From Octopus vulgaris (Eukaryota), in the NCBI GenBank assembly GCA_951406725.2, contig OX597814.1:130138001-130202000 (forward strand): a DNA stretch of 64,000 nt. The letters run 5' to 3'. Under the pieces are notes generated by a model that made no database searches, was not told the DNA's origin, and saw only the letters and a program-made list of their open reading frames with translations. Below, in pieces: positions 1 through 11,676 of the stretch. The translations under genes and the position numbers were made by a program. How positions within the stretch are numbered: the stretch's first letter is position 1; each line of letters starts with the position of its first letter.

Positions 1-472
1 AGAAGTAGAAGACGAAGAAAAAGAGGAAGACGAAGAAGAAGAAGAAGAAGAAGATGATGATGATGATGATGATGGTAATGATGATGAAGAAGAAGAGCAA
101 CAACAACAAGTAGACGAAGAAGTAGAAGTAGAAGAAGTAGAAGACGAAGAAAAAGAGGAAGACGAAGAAGAAGAAGTAGAAGAAGAAGAAGAAGAAGAAG
201 AAGAAGAAGAAGAAGAAGAAGAAGAAGAGAAGAAAAAGGAGATGATGATAATGATGATGAAGTAGAAGAGCAACAACAACAATAACAATGGCAACAACAA
301 CAAGTAGAAGAAGTAGAAGTAGAAGACGAAGAAAAAGACGAAGAAGAAGAAGAAGAAGAAGAAGAAGAAGAAGAAGAAGAAGAAGAAGAAGAAGAAGAAG
401 AAGAAGAAGAAGAAGAAGAAGAAGAAGAAGAAGAAGAAGAAGAAGAAGAAGAAGAAGAAGAAGAAGAAGAAG
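1..472. repeat. (GAA)n / GAA-GAT-CAA low-complexity trinucleotide repeat
   Basis: Long GAA arrays with interspersed GAT/CAA runs; the poly-Arg ORF at 288-497 is only a translation of this repeat. Confidence 0.95.
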
Positions 473-866
473 CCAATATGTGGCTACATGTTTGTAGGTC
501 ATTATTTTATCTCACCTGTGGAGAATTCATCTCTTTCGTCACACTTCTGTGTGTCCTTTTCATTGATCTCTATGGCATTTGATGGCAATAGATTTTACAC
601 CTCTTCGTACATTGGGAAAATGAAAGCCTATTAACTTTCATTATATATATATATGCTAACCTCCCTTTGATTCAGCAAACGGACAAATGGCGTTTTTATT
701 GCTACTTTTCTAGGTTTTAATGCTCTTCTAGGTGTTGATGAAGCAGGATTCGATTATATTTTCACCTCAGCATAACAACCCACTGACATTGATGTATATA
801 TTCTCAGTCTTTTTCTCTTCCTGTTTGTCTCTATATGCAGAAGTTTCACCTACTCATCTACACACA

Positions 867-868
<2 letters not shown>

Positions 869-958
<90 letters not shown>

Positions 959-985
959 TGTATGTATGTATGTATGTATGTATGT
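869..985. repeat. (TA)n(TATG)n compound microsatellite, representative of dozens of TA/CA/TATG/TATC/TAA tracts in the window
   Basis: Directly visible. Other large tracts at about 15033-15540, 37220-37690, 41270-41610, 55910-56250, 59507-59591 and 60711-60950. Confidence 0.95.
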
Positions 986-1083
986 ACATAAGTATATTAA
1001 AGGCTTTGTGAGAGTTACTTGATACAGTTTTGCTAAGTATAAAACAGATTGGACTTTTGAAAAAATTATTTTGAAAATTATAG

Positions 1084-1254
1084 TAGGAGTGGCTGTGTGG
1101 TAAGTAGCTTGCTTACCAGCCACATGGTTCCGGGTTCAGTCCCACTGCGTGGCACCTTGGGCAAGTGTCTTCTACTATAGCCTCGGGCCGACCAAAGCCT
1201 TGTAAGTGGATTTGGTAGACGGAAACTGAAAGAAGCCCGTCGTATATATATATG

Positions 1255-1291
<37 letters not shown>

Positions 1292-1522
1292 ATGTCTGTG
1301 TGTGTGTGTATCTGTGTGTGTCCCCCCAACATCGCTTGACAACTGATGCTGGTGTGTTTACGTCCCCGTAACTTAGCGGTTCGGCAAAAGAGACCGATAG
1401 AATAAGTACTAGGCTTACAAAGAATAAGTCCTGGGGTCGATTTGCTCGACTAAAAAGGTATTGCTCCAGCATGGCCACAGTCAAATGACTGAAACAAGTA
1501 AAAGAGTAAAGAGTAAGAGTAA
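1084..1522 (+). mobile_element. tRNA-derived SINE family A, full-length copy
   Basis: Pol III A/B-box-like head (TGGCTGTGTGG...GGTTCAGTCCC), CORE-like CCTTGGGCAAGT, internal (TA)n(TG)n and (GTAAAAGA)n-like tail; at least 7 copies in the window. Confidence 0.9.
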
Positions 1523-1863
1523 GTTCATATTCAAAATGTCACTAATCATTTTGGTGGAAGTTTCTTTCTAGTGTGGATGAGGGCATTCGATTATCTTTTC
1601 AAGCACATCTTATATATACGTATTTATAATTTGATAAGTGCCAACGCAAGAAGCTATTCAAATTAGTTTGATGTACCAACGCACGAAATTCTCAGCTCTT
1701 GGGTCACTCTTTGCTTTTGCTAAATATTAATTAAAAAAATATACACATACTCATAATTAGAGTCCCAATTTCACCTGTTTGTACCACCATACGCATATAT
1801 ATGACCGTCTGTGTATCGTTGTCCATTTTCTTTCTCCGTCTTCCCTTCTTTGGACTTTTTCTA

Positions 1864-1900
1864 CATTTCTGATGAAGAGCTCCTCTCGAAACGTGAAATA
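1864..1900 (+). ncRNA. degenerate minimal hammerhead-like motif in a probable Penelope terminal-repeat remnant
   Basis: CTGATGA-A-GAG-ctcct-CTC-GAAAC-GT; the cleavage-site base is G (non-H), so probably inactive. Confidence 0.45.
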
Positions 1901-2024
1901 CTCTCTCTTTTCTTTCCATTCCTTAGCATCCAATAACACTGTACTTATTCCACGAACTCGCGTTTTTGTATTTTCTTGCTCGTTCATGATTGGATCAACT
2001 ATATATATATATATATATACTCAT

Positions 2025-2394
2025 AAATCGACCCCGGGACTTATTCTCTGTAAGCCTAGTACTTAATCTATCGGCCTCTTCGCCGAACCGCTAAGTGACG
2101 GGGATATAAACACACAATATATATATATATATATAAACACACCAGCGTCGGTTGTCAAGCAATGCTAGGGGAACAAATACGGACACACAAACATACACAC
2201 ACACAATATATATATATATATACATATATACGGCGAGCGTCTTTCAGTTTCCGTCTACCAAATTCACTCACAAGGCTTTGGTCGGCCCGAGGCTATAGTA
2301 GAAGACACTTGCCCAGGATGCCACACAGTGGGACTGAACCCGGTTCCATGTGGTTGGTAAGCAAGCTACTTACCACACAGCCACTCTTGCACCT
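2025..2394 (-). mobile_element. SINE family A copy lacking the 3' tail
   Basis: Reverse complement of 1084-1440. Confidence 0.88.
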
Positions 2395-2937
2395 ATATGT
2401 ATATATATAAATATATATATATAGTATATATTTGTACTCATCTTAATTTGTATTTTATGTTATTTATCTATTTATTTATTCATTTATATATATGTGGATA
2501 TATACATATTAGCAGTCTTATATATTAAGTTTATCTTTGTATTTATCTTAATTTGTATTCTATGGTATTTATCTATTTATTTACTCATTTATTTATATGT
2601 AGACATATACATATATATCCATTATTTATTAAATATATATATGTATACATGTTTTTACTTATATTTTCATTTTTATATTTAAATATTTCACTTTATTTTA
2701 TTTTATTATATTTTATTTTTATTTTTATTTTCATTTTTAAGTAATAACAATTATTAATTTATAATTAATTTAATTTGTAATTATTTACTTATATACTATT
2801 TATTGGTAAGTCCTGTTAATTATTATATATGTACTTATACGTCCACTGATATTATTTAATGGTAAATCCTGTTAATTATTATATATGTATTTATACATCC
2901 ACTGATACTTAAATATATATATGTAGGTACTGCGAAT

Positions 2938-4115
2938 GTTAGTTAGGTTAGTTAGTTAATTTGGCTCAAAAGCAAATAGCAAGGCCATGTAGGGGGACAT
3001 GGAGTTAAGTACAGGGTGGTGTTCATGTAAAGAGTTCAGGCCACTTGAGGTCCAGGGAGGTTTTGAACAAAGCGGTCGTCGGCATCTTCACCATCTCGTC
3101 TGGCAGCTTGTTCCACGGATCCGCAACCCGGACGGAGAAAGCTCCTCTCCTTCGATTGAGATGAAATCGTCGCAGGTAGAGCTTTTCGGAATGACCCCGC
3201 AGCCGACGCTCTGGAGCAGGAGTGAAAACAGCTCTTTCGAGAGGTTACACTTTCCGCTTATGATGTTGTGGGCGAGAATGAGATCACCACGGCGGGGGCG
3301 TTTTTCAAGAGAATAAAGGTCGAGCGTCCTCAGCCTTTCTTCGTAGGACAACTTTTTGAGACCATAAACCATGCGGGTAGTCAGCTTCTGAACTCTTTCG
3401 AGATGCTGTATGTCTTTGAGGAGATAAGGAGAAGAGGCTTGAATCCCATACTCCAATATGGGTCTCACCAGCGTGACATAGAGTGGTAGGAATATGGCTG
3501 CTGTGAGCATTCCGAATGACCGTCGAATCAAGAACAGAATTCCGGGTGCTTTGTTGGCAGCATGGACGCACTGGGCCGAAGGCGAAAAGGAGGAATCCAC
3601 CAAGATACCCAGGTCCTTTACCTGATCGGTCCTCTCCAGCAGCAGACGACCCGGCTCGAAATCAAGTTGAGTTGCAGGAGTAGAGCCGACAGGCAGATGA
3701 CAGCACTTTGACACGTTCAGACACAGGTCCCAATCGTTAGAACACTTCCAAATTTGGTGGAGGCATCGACGAAGGTCCTCTATATTACCGCGAGAAGCGA
3801 CCAGTTTGATATCGTCGGCAAATAGAAGAGTGTGTTGCGTGAGGTTGTCGGGCAAGTCATTTATGAAGACTAAGAACAACAAGGGCCCAAGCACTGAACC
3901 TTGAGGCACGCCACTGCTCGCACTGGAGACGTCGGACCGCGAACCATTAACTTGGACTTGGAAGGAGCGATCTGAGAGGAAGGCACCAACCCATAGTACA
4001 ATATCCGGATGGAAACTATATGCTTGAAGCTTGACAAGTAATAGGCGGTGGTTTACCGAGTCAAAAGCTTTGGCAAAGTCCAATAAAACGATGTCAACAG
4101 CATCACTATCATCAA
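2938..4115 (-). mobile_element. 5'-truncated CR1-like LINE (RT C-terminal half, 3'UTR, (CTAA)n tail)
   Basis: ORF 3088-4083 has DFAKAFDSV, SGVPQGSVLGPLLF, LFADDIKL, KDLGI and LYVTLVRPILEY motifs; (TTAG)n at 2938-2958 is the 3' tail. Confidence 0.9.
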
Positions 4116-4699
4116 ATGTGAAAGTATATATGTTTGTTGTTACACAGGAGTATACATATGGATGTGTAGATGTGAGTATAATTCTACTAGTTTGTTGGTG
4201 AGAGATTAAATAGGAATATAATGGTAATGTAACAATATTAGACTTCTTACGATGTGATGTTATTTGTATAAGTTATAAGGTGTTGTTTTGATTATATATC
4301 TTAGAATATTAGCGTATTTTGACTTTTTACAATTAATTTCTTATAATTTAATTAATATAAACCTCTGTTAACTTAGTATATATGTATTTTTACGTCTTTT
4401 GATAGACAAACATAAACGGGTATTTTGTATTTTATAATTTAGTAAATATTTGAATAGAAACATAGTGGTAATGATATAGACATTTTTAGTTCTAAGATAT
4501 TTTGTTTACGAAAAATACGGTGTCATCTTAATTATGTACCTTATGATAAATTACATTCTCTATCTAGGTATAATTATATGTATGATTGAATTTACGGATT
4601 TATGGACATATGTGAGTGGATCTGTCTGTAAACATTTATATGTGTGTATAAGTGGGATAGTACCTCTTATGCTACTTATGATCTGGTTGTGTATGTGGG

Positions 4700-4740
<41 letters not shown>

Positions 4741-5415
4741 AAACATGTGACTATGTCTGTATGTGCGCACGTTTGTGGATGTGCGTGCGCGTGTGTACGT
4801 TCCCTAGCTGTGTGTGTGTGTGTGTAAACATGTGACTATGTCTGTATGTGCGCACGTTTGTGGATGTGCGTGCGCGTGTGTATGTTTCCTAGCTAACTAA
4901 CCGTAAAATATCTATTGTAATTCAAATTTAAAAGTATAGGCCAATCGAATGCATCTGTGGAAATTAATACCATGCAAACAGAAGAATTTGACTGATTACA
5001 TATATATGCAGATATATATTTGCATTGAATAATACTATGGTGGTATTTATTGGTCTTCAGTGTTGCTGCTATGTTGTTAATTGTGAGATATATGTATTGT
5101 TTGATTAGTAATGATGTTGTTAGTATAGCATTATTGACTTTTTGTAAAGTAACACAAATTAATATAATGAACTATTTACTATATATGTCTGCATTAAGTA
5201 TGAATATATCTGTTGTAATTTCTTAATATTGGTTGATGAACTGTAACATTCAATATAGAACATTATCATGTTTATTGATATATATTGATTTATATTATTT
5301 ATATTATTATGTATGTGTATATGTGTATATATATATAAGGATATGAGTATATATGCACTCATATTTATATTTATATGTAAATGATTTTTGGGTATGTACT
5401 CATACTTACATTAGA

Positions 5416-5530
5416 ATCTCCGAAGAGGCCGTAAGATAATTTTGTTAATGTCTCATTTATACCTGCAATATATGGCTAATATAGGTTAAATGAGACATAC
5501 CTATCTGCATGGCCGAAACAGCTGTCAGTT
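5416..5530 (+). ncRNA. hammerhead ribozyme-like motif (U4C core, long stem-II insertion)
   Basis: CCGAAGA-GGCC...GGCC-GAAA, palindromic stem III ACAGCTGT, then C; the insertion contains the hairpin ATGTCTCATTTA/TAAATGAGACAT. Confidence 0.55.
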
Positions 5531-5790
5531 ATAATGTATATGTATTTTTATATCTTGTTATATTTATTTAGTTATATCTCATTATATTGATTGTAATTAT
5601 TGTACTGTATTAATGTCTAATCTTAATGCTCTTGTGTAGTGTTTTAATAAAGTATATGATTCAGTATTATCTGATAGTTGATGAATGATTTAGCTATATT
5701 TCTCCATTTTCTCATTTTGTATTATATATTCTATATATATTTATATATATATACATAAATACACACACATATATATATATATATACATAC

Positions 5791-5886
<96 letters not shown>

Positions 5887-6300
5887 GGAACCGATAGGGC
5901 ACAGGAAGTGTGTCAATAGCCAGCTGGAAAAGATGTTCTCCTGGGGCTACAAGCTACAGTAACATCCGCCCTTAGTGGTTAGCCATATTTAGATGGTAAA
6001 TATACTTCACACACGCACACACACACACACACATATATATATATGTCTAAGTGAGTTAGAGGTTAACCATCTAAGGGATAATAACTATACAATATACTGC
6101 TGGATGTATATCTATGTATTTATATCCAAATGCTTACTGTTGTAAGGCAATAACGCAATTGAATAATAGGTATGAGTGGAGGTACACAAAAGTTTACCAG
6201 GAATTTATACGGCTAAGAAAAAATTGGAGAAGATAATTAGTTGACAAACATCATCTTACAAACATTAATTAGATCTACTTATTAATTAGAATCATATGGA

Positions 6301-6331
<31 letters not shown>

Positions 6332-6367
6332 ATACATAAGAATAAATGGCCGCAGTCAAATGACTGA

Positions 6368-6414
<47 letters not shown>

Positions 6415-6545
6415 CACACACATGCACGCACATATACGCACACACATACACACACATACACACACACACACACGTACACATGCACGCACACGTATAAAGA
6501 ATACATCTTGCTCATAAATTCCTAGAACGTTGTAGAGTATATATA

Positions 6546-6707
6546 GGCGTAGGAGTGGCTGTGTGGTAAGTAGCTTATTTACCAACCACATGGTTCCGGG
6601 TTCAGTTCCACTACGTGTCATCTTGGGTAGGTGCCTTCTACTATAGAATCGGGCCTACCACAGCCTTGTGAGTGGATTTAGTACAGGGAAATTGGAAGTA
6701 GTTCGTC

Positions 6708-6752
<45 letters not shown>

Positions 6753-6980
6753 TATATGTGTGTCGTTTGTGTGTTTGTGTGTGCATCTGTGTCCCCCCAC
6801 CATCGCTTGACAATCGATGTTGGCGTGTTTACGTCCCCGTAATTTAGCGGTTCGGCAAATGATACTGATAGAGTAAGTACTAGACTTACGAAGAATAAGT
6901 CCTGGGGTCGATTTGTTCGACAACAGGCTGTGCTCCAGCATGAGCGCAGTCAAATGACTGAAACAAATAAAAGAATAAAA
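6546..6980 (+). mobile_element. SINE family A copy
   Basis: Homologous end to end with 1084-1522. Confidence 0.9.
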
Positions 6981-7081
6981 TAATAGTATATATATATTTA
7001 TACATAGTGATGCATTGGAACTGCGCCACGTTCAAGGAATTTATGAGCAAGATGTATTCTTTGTATGTATACATATATATC

Positions 7082-7125
<44 letters not shown>

Positions 7126-7514
7126 TAATGTATGTATTAGAACTCTACCACGTTCAAAGTATTTATGTGCAAGATGTATCCTTTGTATGTGTGTGCGCAT
7201 GTGTACATGTGTATGTTTGTGTGTTTTATGTGTGTGTGTGCGTGTCTGTGTGTGCATGTGTGCGTGCATATCTCCGCAAATGTTTCTTGACATTTAGTCC
7301 GTGGGCGGGGACCTATATTTAATTTGCTTAACGTTAGTGATTCGGTATCTAGGCAACGGATTAACGAGCTGTAGCATTTAGACGAGACACTTCACTCTCT
7401 CTCTCTGTAAATGAGATGTTGACGACAGTGGGGAGGAAAGAGGAAAAATGATATATACGCTTCCGGATTACCAACCGAAGAATCAAGAAAGAGTCATATA
7501 TAAGATATACATAT

Positions 7515-7979
7515 AAAATATATATACATATGGAAAATCCTAGAAGGGCTAGTATTAACTTTGACATTGAGTATTATACAAATGCCAGAACTGGTCGGCA
7601 TTGTATTGTACCAAAGTCACCATCGACTCCATCTAAGTTCAGAACCAGGTATTGCAATAGTCTAGGGTTCAAAGGCCCACAGCTCTTCAATGCCCTGCGA
7701 CAAAAATTAAGAAATTTGCATAAGGTGGAAGTAGATGTCTTCAAAAAGGAACTAGACATTCTCCTCTCCACAATACCGGGTGAACAAACAGCATAGCATT
7801 AAGTACAGACGAGGGCAGCAGAGTCAAACTCCCTTATGCACCAAATGTACTAACAGCTGGGACAAAGGCTCATACAGGTGTGGTGATGTGAAACACCCAG
7901 ACTAAGTTAGAAAGACCATGGTGGTGCTCCAGTATGACCACCGCACATGGCTGATACGAGTAAAAGAGTAAAAGAGTAA

Positions 7980-7981
<2 letters not shown>
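7515..7981 (+). mobile_element. CR1-like LINE 3' fragment with (GTAAAAGA)n tail
   Basis: Encodes IYIWKILEGL...GFKGPQLFN...VDVFKKELD, the C-terminus of a CR1-type ORF2; homologous to 13685-14100(-). Confidence 0.8.
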
Positions 7982-8018
<37 letters not shown>

Positions 8019-8020
8019 CA

Positions 8021-8167
8021 TTTACTCTTTTACTTCTTTCAGTCATTTGACTGAAGCCATGCTGGAGCACCGCCTTTAGTCGAGCAAATCGATGCTAGGA
8101 ATTATTCTTTATGGGTAGATGAACACATTACCATCGGTTGTCAAGCGATGTTGTGGGGACAAACACA

Positions 8168-8257
<90 letters not shown>

Positions 8258-8375
8258 TACGTACGGCTTCTTTTCAGTTTCCTTCAACCAAATCCACTCA
8301 TAAGGTGCCACGCAGTGGGACTGAAGCCAGAACCATGTAGTTGGTAAGCGAGCTACTAACCACACAACCACTCCT
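8021..8375 (-). mobile_element. SINE family A copy with internal deletions
   Basis: Reverse-complement similarity to family A head and tail. Confidence 0.85.
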
Positions 8376-9157
8376 ATACATACATACATACATACATATA
8401 TATATATTTACACACACACACTCACACACACACACACATATATATATATGTACTGTAAAAATTATAAGAGTAGAAAATTTAGGAAAATTTTTATACCGGT
8501 GACTATTAAAAGTCAATAGACAACATATTTTCATTTATAAAAGTGTTTAGCTTTTATACACGTGCTAGAGAGGGCAGCCAAACTCAAACCACGAACAAAA
8601 GTATTTCGAAGAAGAGTGAAAACAACAATTATTTATAGTTATCCCTTTACAGGACGCCTTTGCTCTCAGTGCATAAATAGTATACACTTTTATACCTGAA
8701 AATATATTGTCTAATGACTTTTATTACGCATACTAACCAACTGTATCGAAGTTTTTCTAAATTTCTACCCTTATAAGTTTCACAGTAATATTTTCATAAT
8801 TTCAGACTTGGTGAACAGTTTTAATTTTATTATTTGCCGCTGACTATATGACTGCGCTTGCGCGGTTGATTTCAAAACAAATGTATAAGTATGCAGCACA
8901 GGTGGAATATCGGTGCGTATTTGCTACATAATTATGCATTGTCTTAGGCGATCCAATTAATGAAGTACACATGACATTAATTTATTTGTTCGTTAATACA
9001 GAAACTCGTGTTTTAGATTAACTATAAATAATTGTTTTATATTCTCTTTGGAATTACTTCTTTTCGTGGTTTGCGTTTGGCTGCCCTCTCTAGCATGTAA
9101 GGCGTCCTGTAAAGGGTCACCTCTCCGTGTATAAATACTAAACACTTTTGTATATGA

Positions 9158-9188
<31 letters not shown>

Positions 9189-9190
9189 AG

Positions 9191-11676
9191 AAAATAGTAA
9201 AGTGTGAAAAAACGACAGAAGGCTTAAATGTTAAAAAATATATATATTTGTGTCAAAATGTCTGGAGAATATTGGAAAATTTTTTTTTCCTTTCCTTAAA
9301 ATGACATAATTTAAAAATTTTTAAAGAAATTACCGGTTTCGCGTGTAGCTTTTCAAATTTCTTGTGACGTTATGTTTATATTGCATGGAATTATCGTTGT
9401 TTTTATTTCCAGGAGATTTCTAAATAAGGGGAGGTAGTGAGTGATTTTTTCCGGTGTAGGGGAGATAATCGCTTAAAAATGTTTTTTCCCTTTTCCTTGT
9501 TAATTTCTCTGTGTCAGTATGTTCGGATGGTTGAGTCTGGGTTTGTACTTTTCAATGAAGAATGTTTCCTTGTTCAGTCTCATTTGTGTTGATGATCCGA
9601 AAGCACATTGGTAAAATGGGAAGATAAAAAATTGTGGCAGTAGTTGCTTTGCGCATTTCTCAATGTGCTCACTAAAAGGTATCATTCTATATTCTGGGAA
9701 TGCAATCTGTTGTCGATGCAGTGTGCATCTGTGCCTGAGTGATAGTCCCGTGGAACCCACGTAGTCTTGGTGGCAGCCCGAGCATTTAATAACATAAATT
9801 ATGTTTTCAGAGGCACAAGTAAAGTTAGATTTGATCTTAAATTTCTGTCCCTCTTTAAAGAAGAATTCTGATCCTTCCAATAGGTTAGGACATGTTGCAC
9901 AGTTCGATCTACCACATTTTTTTACTTTTGCATCCGTAATTTTAGAAGACAATTTTGCCTTTGTGAGAATCTTTTTAAGTGATTTAGGCTGTTTGTAGCT
10001 TTTAATGATTTGGTGTATGTTTAGAATTTCCTTTAATTTTGGGTTTTTATGAAGTATTGGTAAGTTCTGGGTGATGATGGTGAAGGCTTCTTTGTTTCTG
10101 GGGTTGTATGTAGATATGTAAGGTAGTATTTTCGGGGAAGGTGTGTTGTTGTGTTGAACTTTTCTTAAAGTTTCTATGTTGATTTCTGTTGCACGTCTGA
10201 TCCCATCCTCTATGAGTTGAGCTGGGTAATGTCTGTCAATTAGGGTGTTTTTTGAGTTCTTGCAGTCTAAAGTTCCTGGTATTTTGTTCTGACACTATTG
10301 TGCATATCCTTCTTGCAAGGTTGAAGGGGATGTTTGTTTTAGTGTGTCTTGGGTGGCATGAATTAAAAAGAAGGTATTGTTTGGCGTCTGTGGCTTTGTA
10401 AAAAATGTCTGTTTCTATTTTAAGGTTAATTTTTTTAATTAGTATATCCAAGAACAGGAGCTCCTTTTGGTTGTATTCCATTGTGAACTGTATATTTGGG
10501 TTTATGCTGTTCAATAGGTTTTTAAATTTTAGGAGTTTATCTATGTTTTCATTCCAGAGAATGAAACAATCGTCTAGGAATCGTTTCCAATTCTCTTTTA
10601 TGTATTGAGAGAGGAGTTTCCAAAGATTGATAGAGATTCCTGGTAAATGATTATTTCCATGTATCCCATTGTTAAGTTCGCAATGACTGGTGCTGCCCTT
10701 GTACCCATAGCAATTCCGGATTTTTGACGGTAAAATGTATTGTCAAACATGAAGTGGTTATTGTGTAGGATGAATTCAATTGATTTAGTAATGAATTCCT
10801 TACTGATCCTTTTGGTATTTCTTCCGGAAATTGGTCTAACCAGAATTGTATTGCCTCCAGTCCATAATTATGAGGTATACTGGTATACAAGTTGACTACA
10901 TCAAATGAAACCAGGATTGTTTCTTCCTTGGTTTTTTGGAAGGTGGTTTAACATATCTAAGTCATCTCTGATATGGCTATCGATATGTTTAAGGAAGGGT
11001 TTCAAGAGGATGTCCATAAGTAGACTTAGTCTGTGTGTTTCACAGGTTGGGCCAGCTACAATGGGTCGTAGTTTTAGGTCCCCCGGATTAGGTGTGTGTA
11101 TGTATGTCTTTGGTGATTTTTTAATGGTTTCATTTATAATTTGACTTTTATGAATTTTTGGCAGACCATAGAAAAGGCTAGGTTTGCATTTAAAGTTTGT
11201 TAGGAAATCAATCTCTTTGGTTGTCAGTTCCTTTTCATGGGTTTTAATTAGTGAAGATAGAGTTTTCATTATGTTTTGTGGGGTGTAGTTGGTAATTTTT
11301 TCATAATGTAGGTCTTCATCAAGCAAGGAAATTACAAGATTTCTGTAGTATGATGTATCCATTATTACAACTGCATTTCCCTTGTCCGCTTCCTTAATGG
11401 TTATATCTTCATCATTTTGGAGTTCTATCAGTTCTTTCCATTGTGTATTGTTAAAATTTGGGTTAGCTTTCTGTTTATGTATAGTATGGTAGGGGAAGTT
11501 CTCAATGTGGTTACAGAATTCGTCAAGATCTTTATTTCTTCCTCTGTGTGGGATGTGTTCACTTTTGTTCTTGACAAGTGATTCATCTTCAGTATTGAAA
11601 CTGTTTGATGCTTCTGCTAGTCTTAATTTTCTGCAAAATTCTGTTATATTATCCTTGAGTTCATCAATGGGGACCT
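9191..11676 (-). mobile_element. Penelope-like element (Neptune-like), 5'-truncated, left arm
   Basis: Frameshifted ORF pieces 10901-11683, 10672-10890, 10236-10514 and 9500-9952 carry KEADKG, FYGLPKIHK, LRPIV, LYTSIP and the GIY-YIG region NIIYVIKC-x2-C-x3-YVG, with a CxxxxCxxC linker. Confidence 0.92.
9324..9363 (-). ncRNA. minimal hammerhead ribozyme (U3-A8 variant) in the Penelope 3' region
   Basis: Reverse complement of 13411-13450. Confidence 0.75.

Noticed and set aside
288-497. Poly-Arg, protamine-like ORF
   Set aside because: It is only a translation of a (GAA)n microsatellite.
2804-4894. Short local tandem duplications (about 2804-2908, about 4733-4894; also 45368-45676)
   Set aside because: Ordinary slippage or duplication near microsatellites with no further structure.
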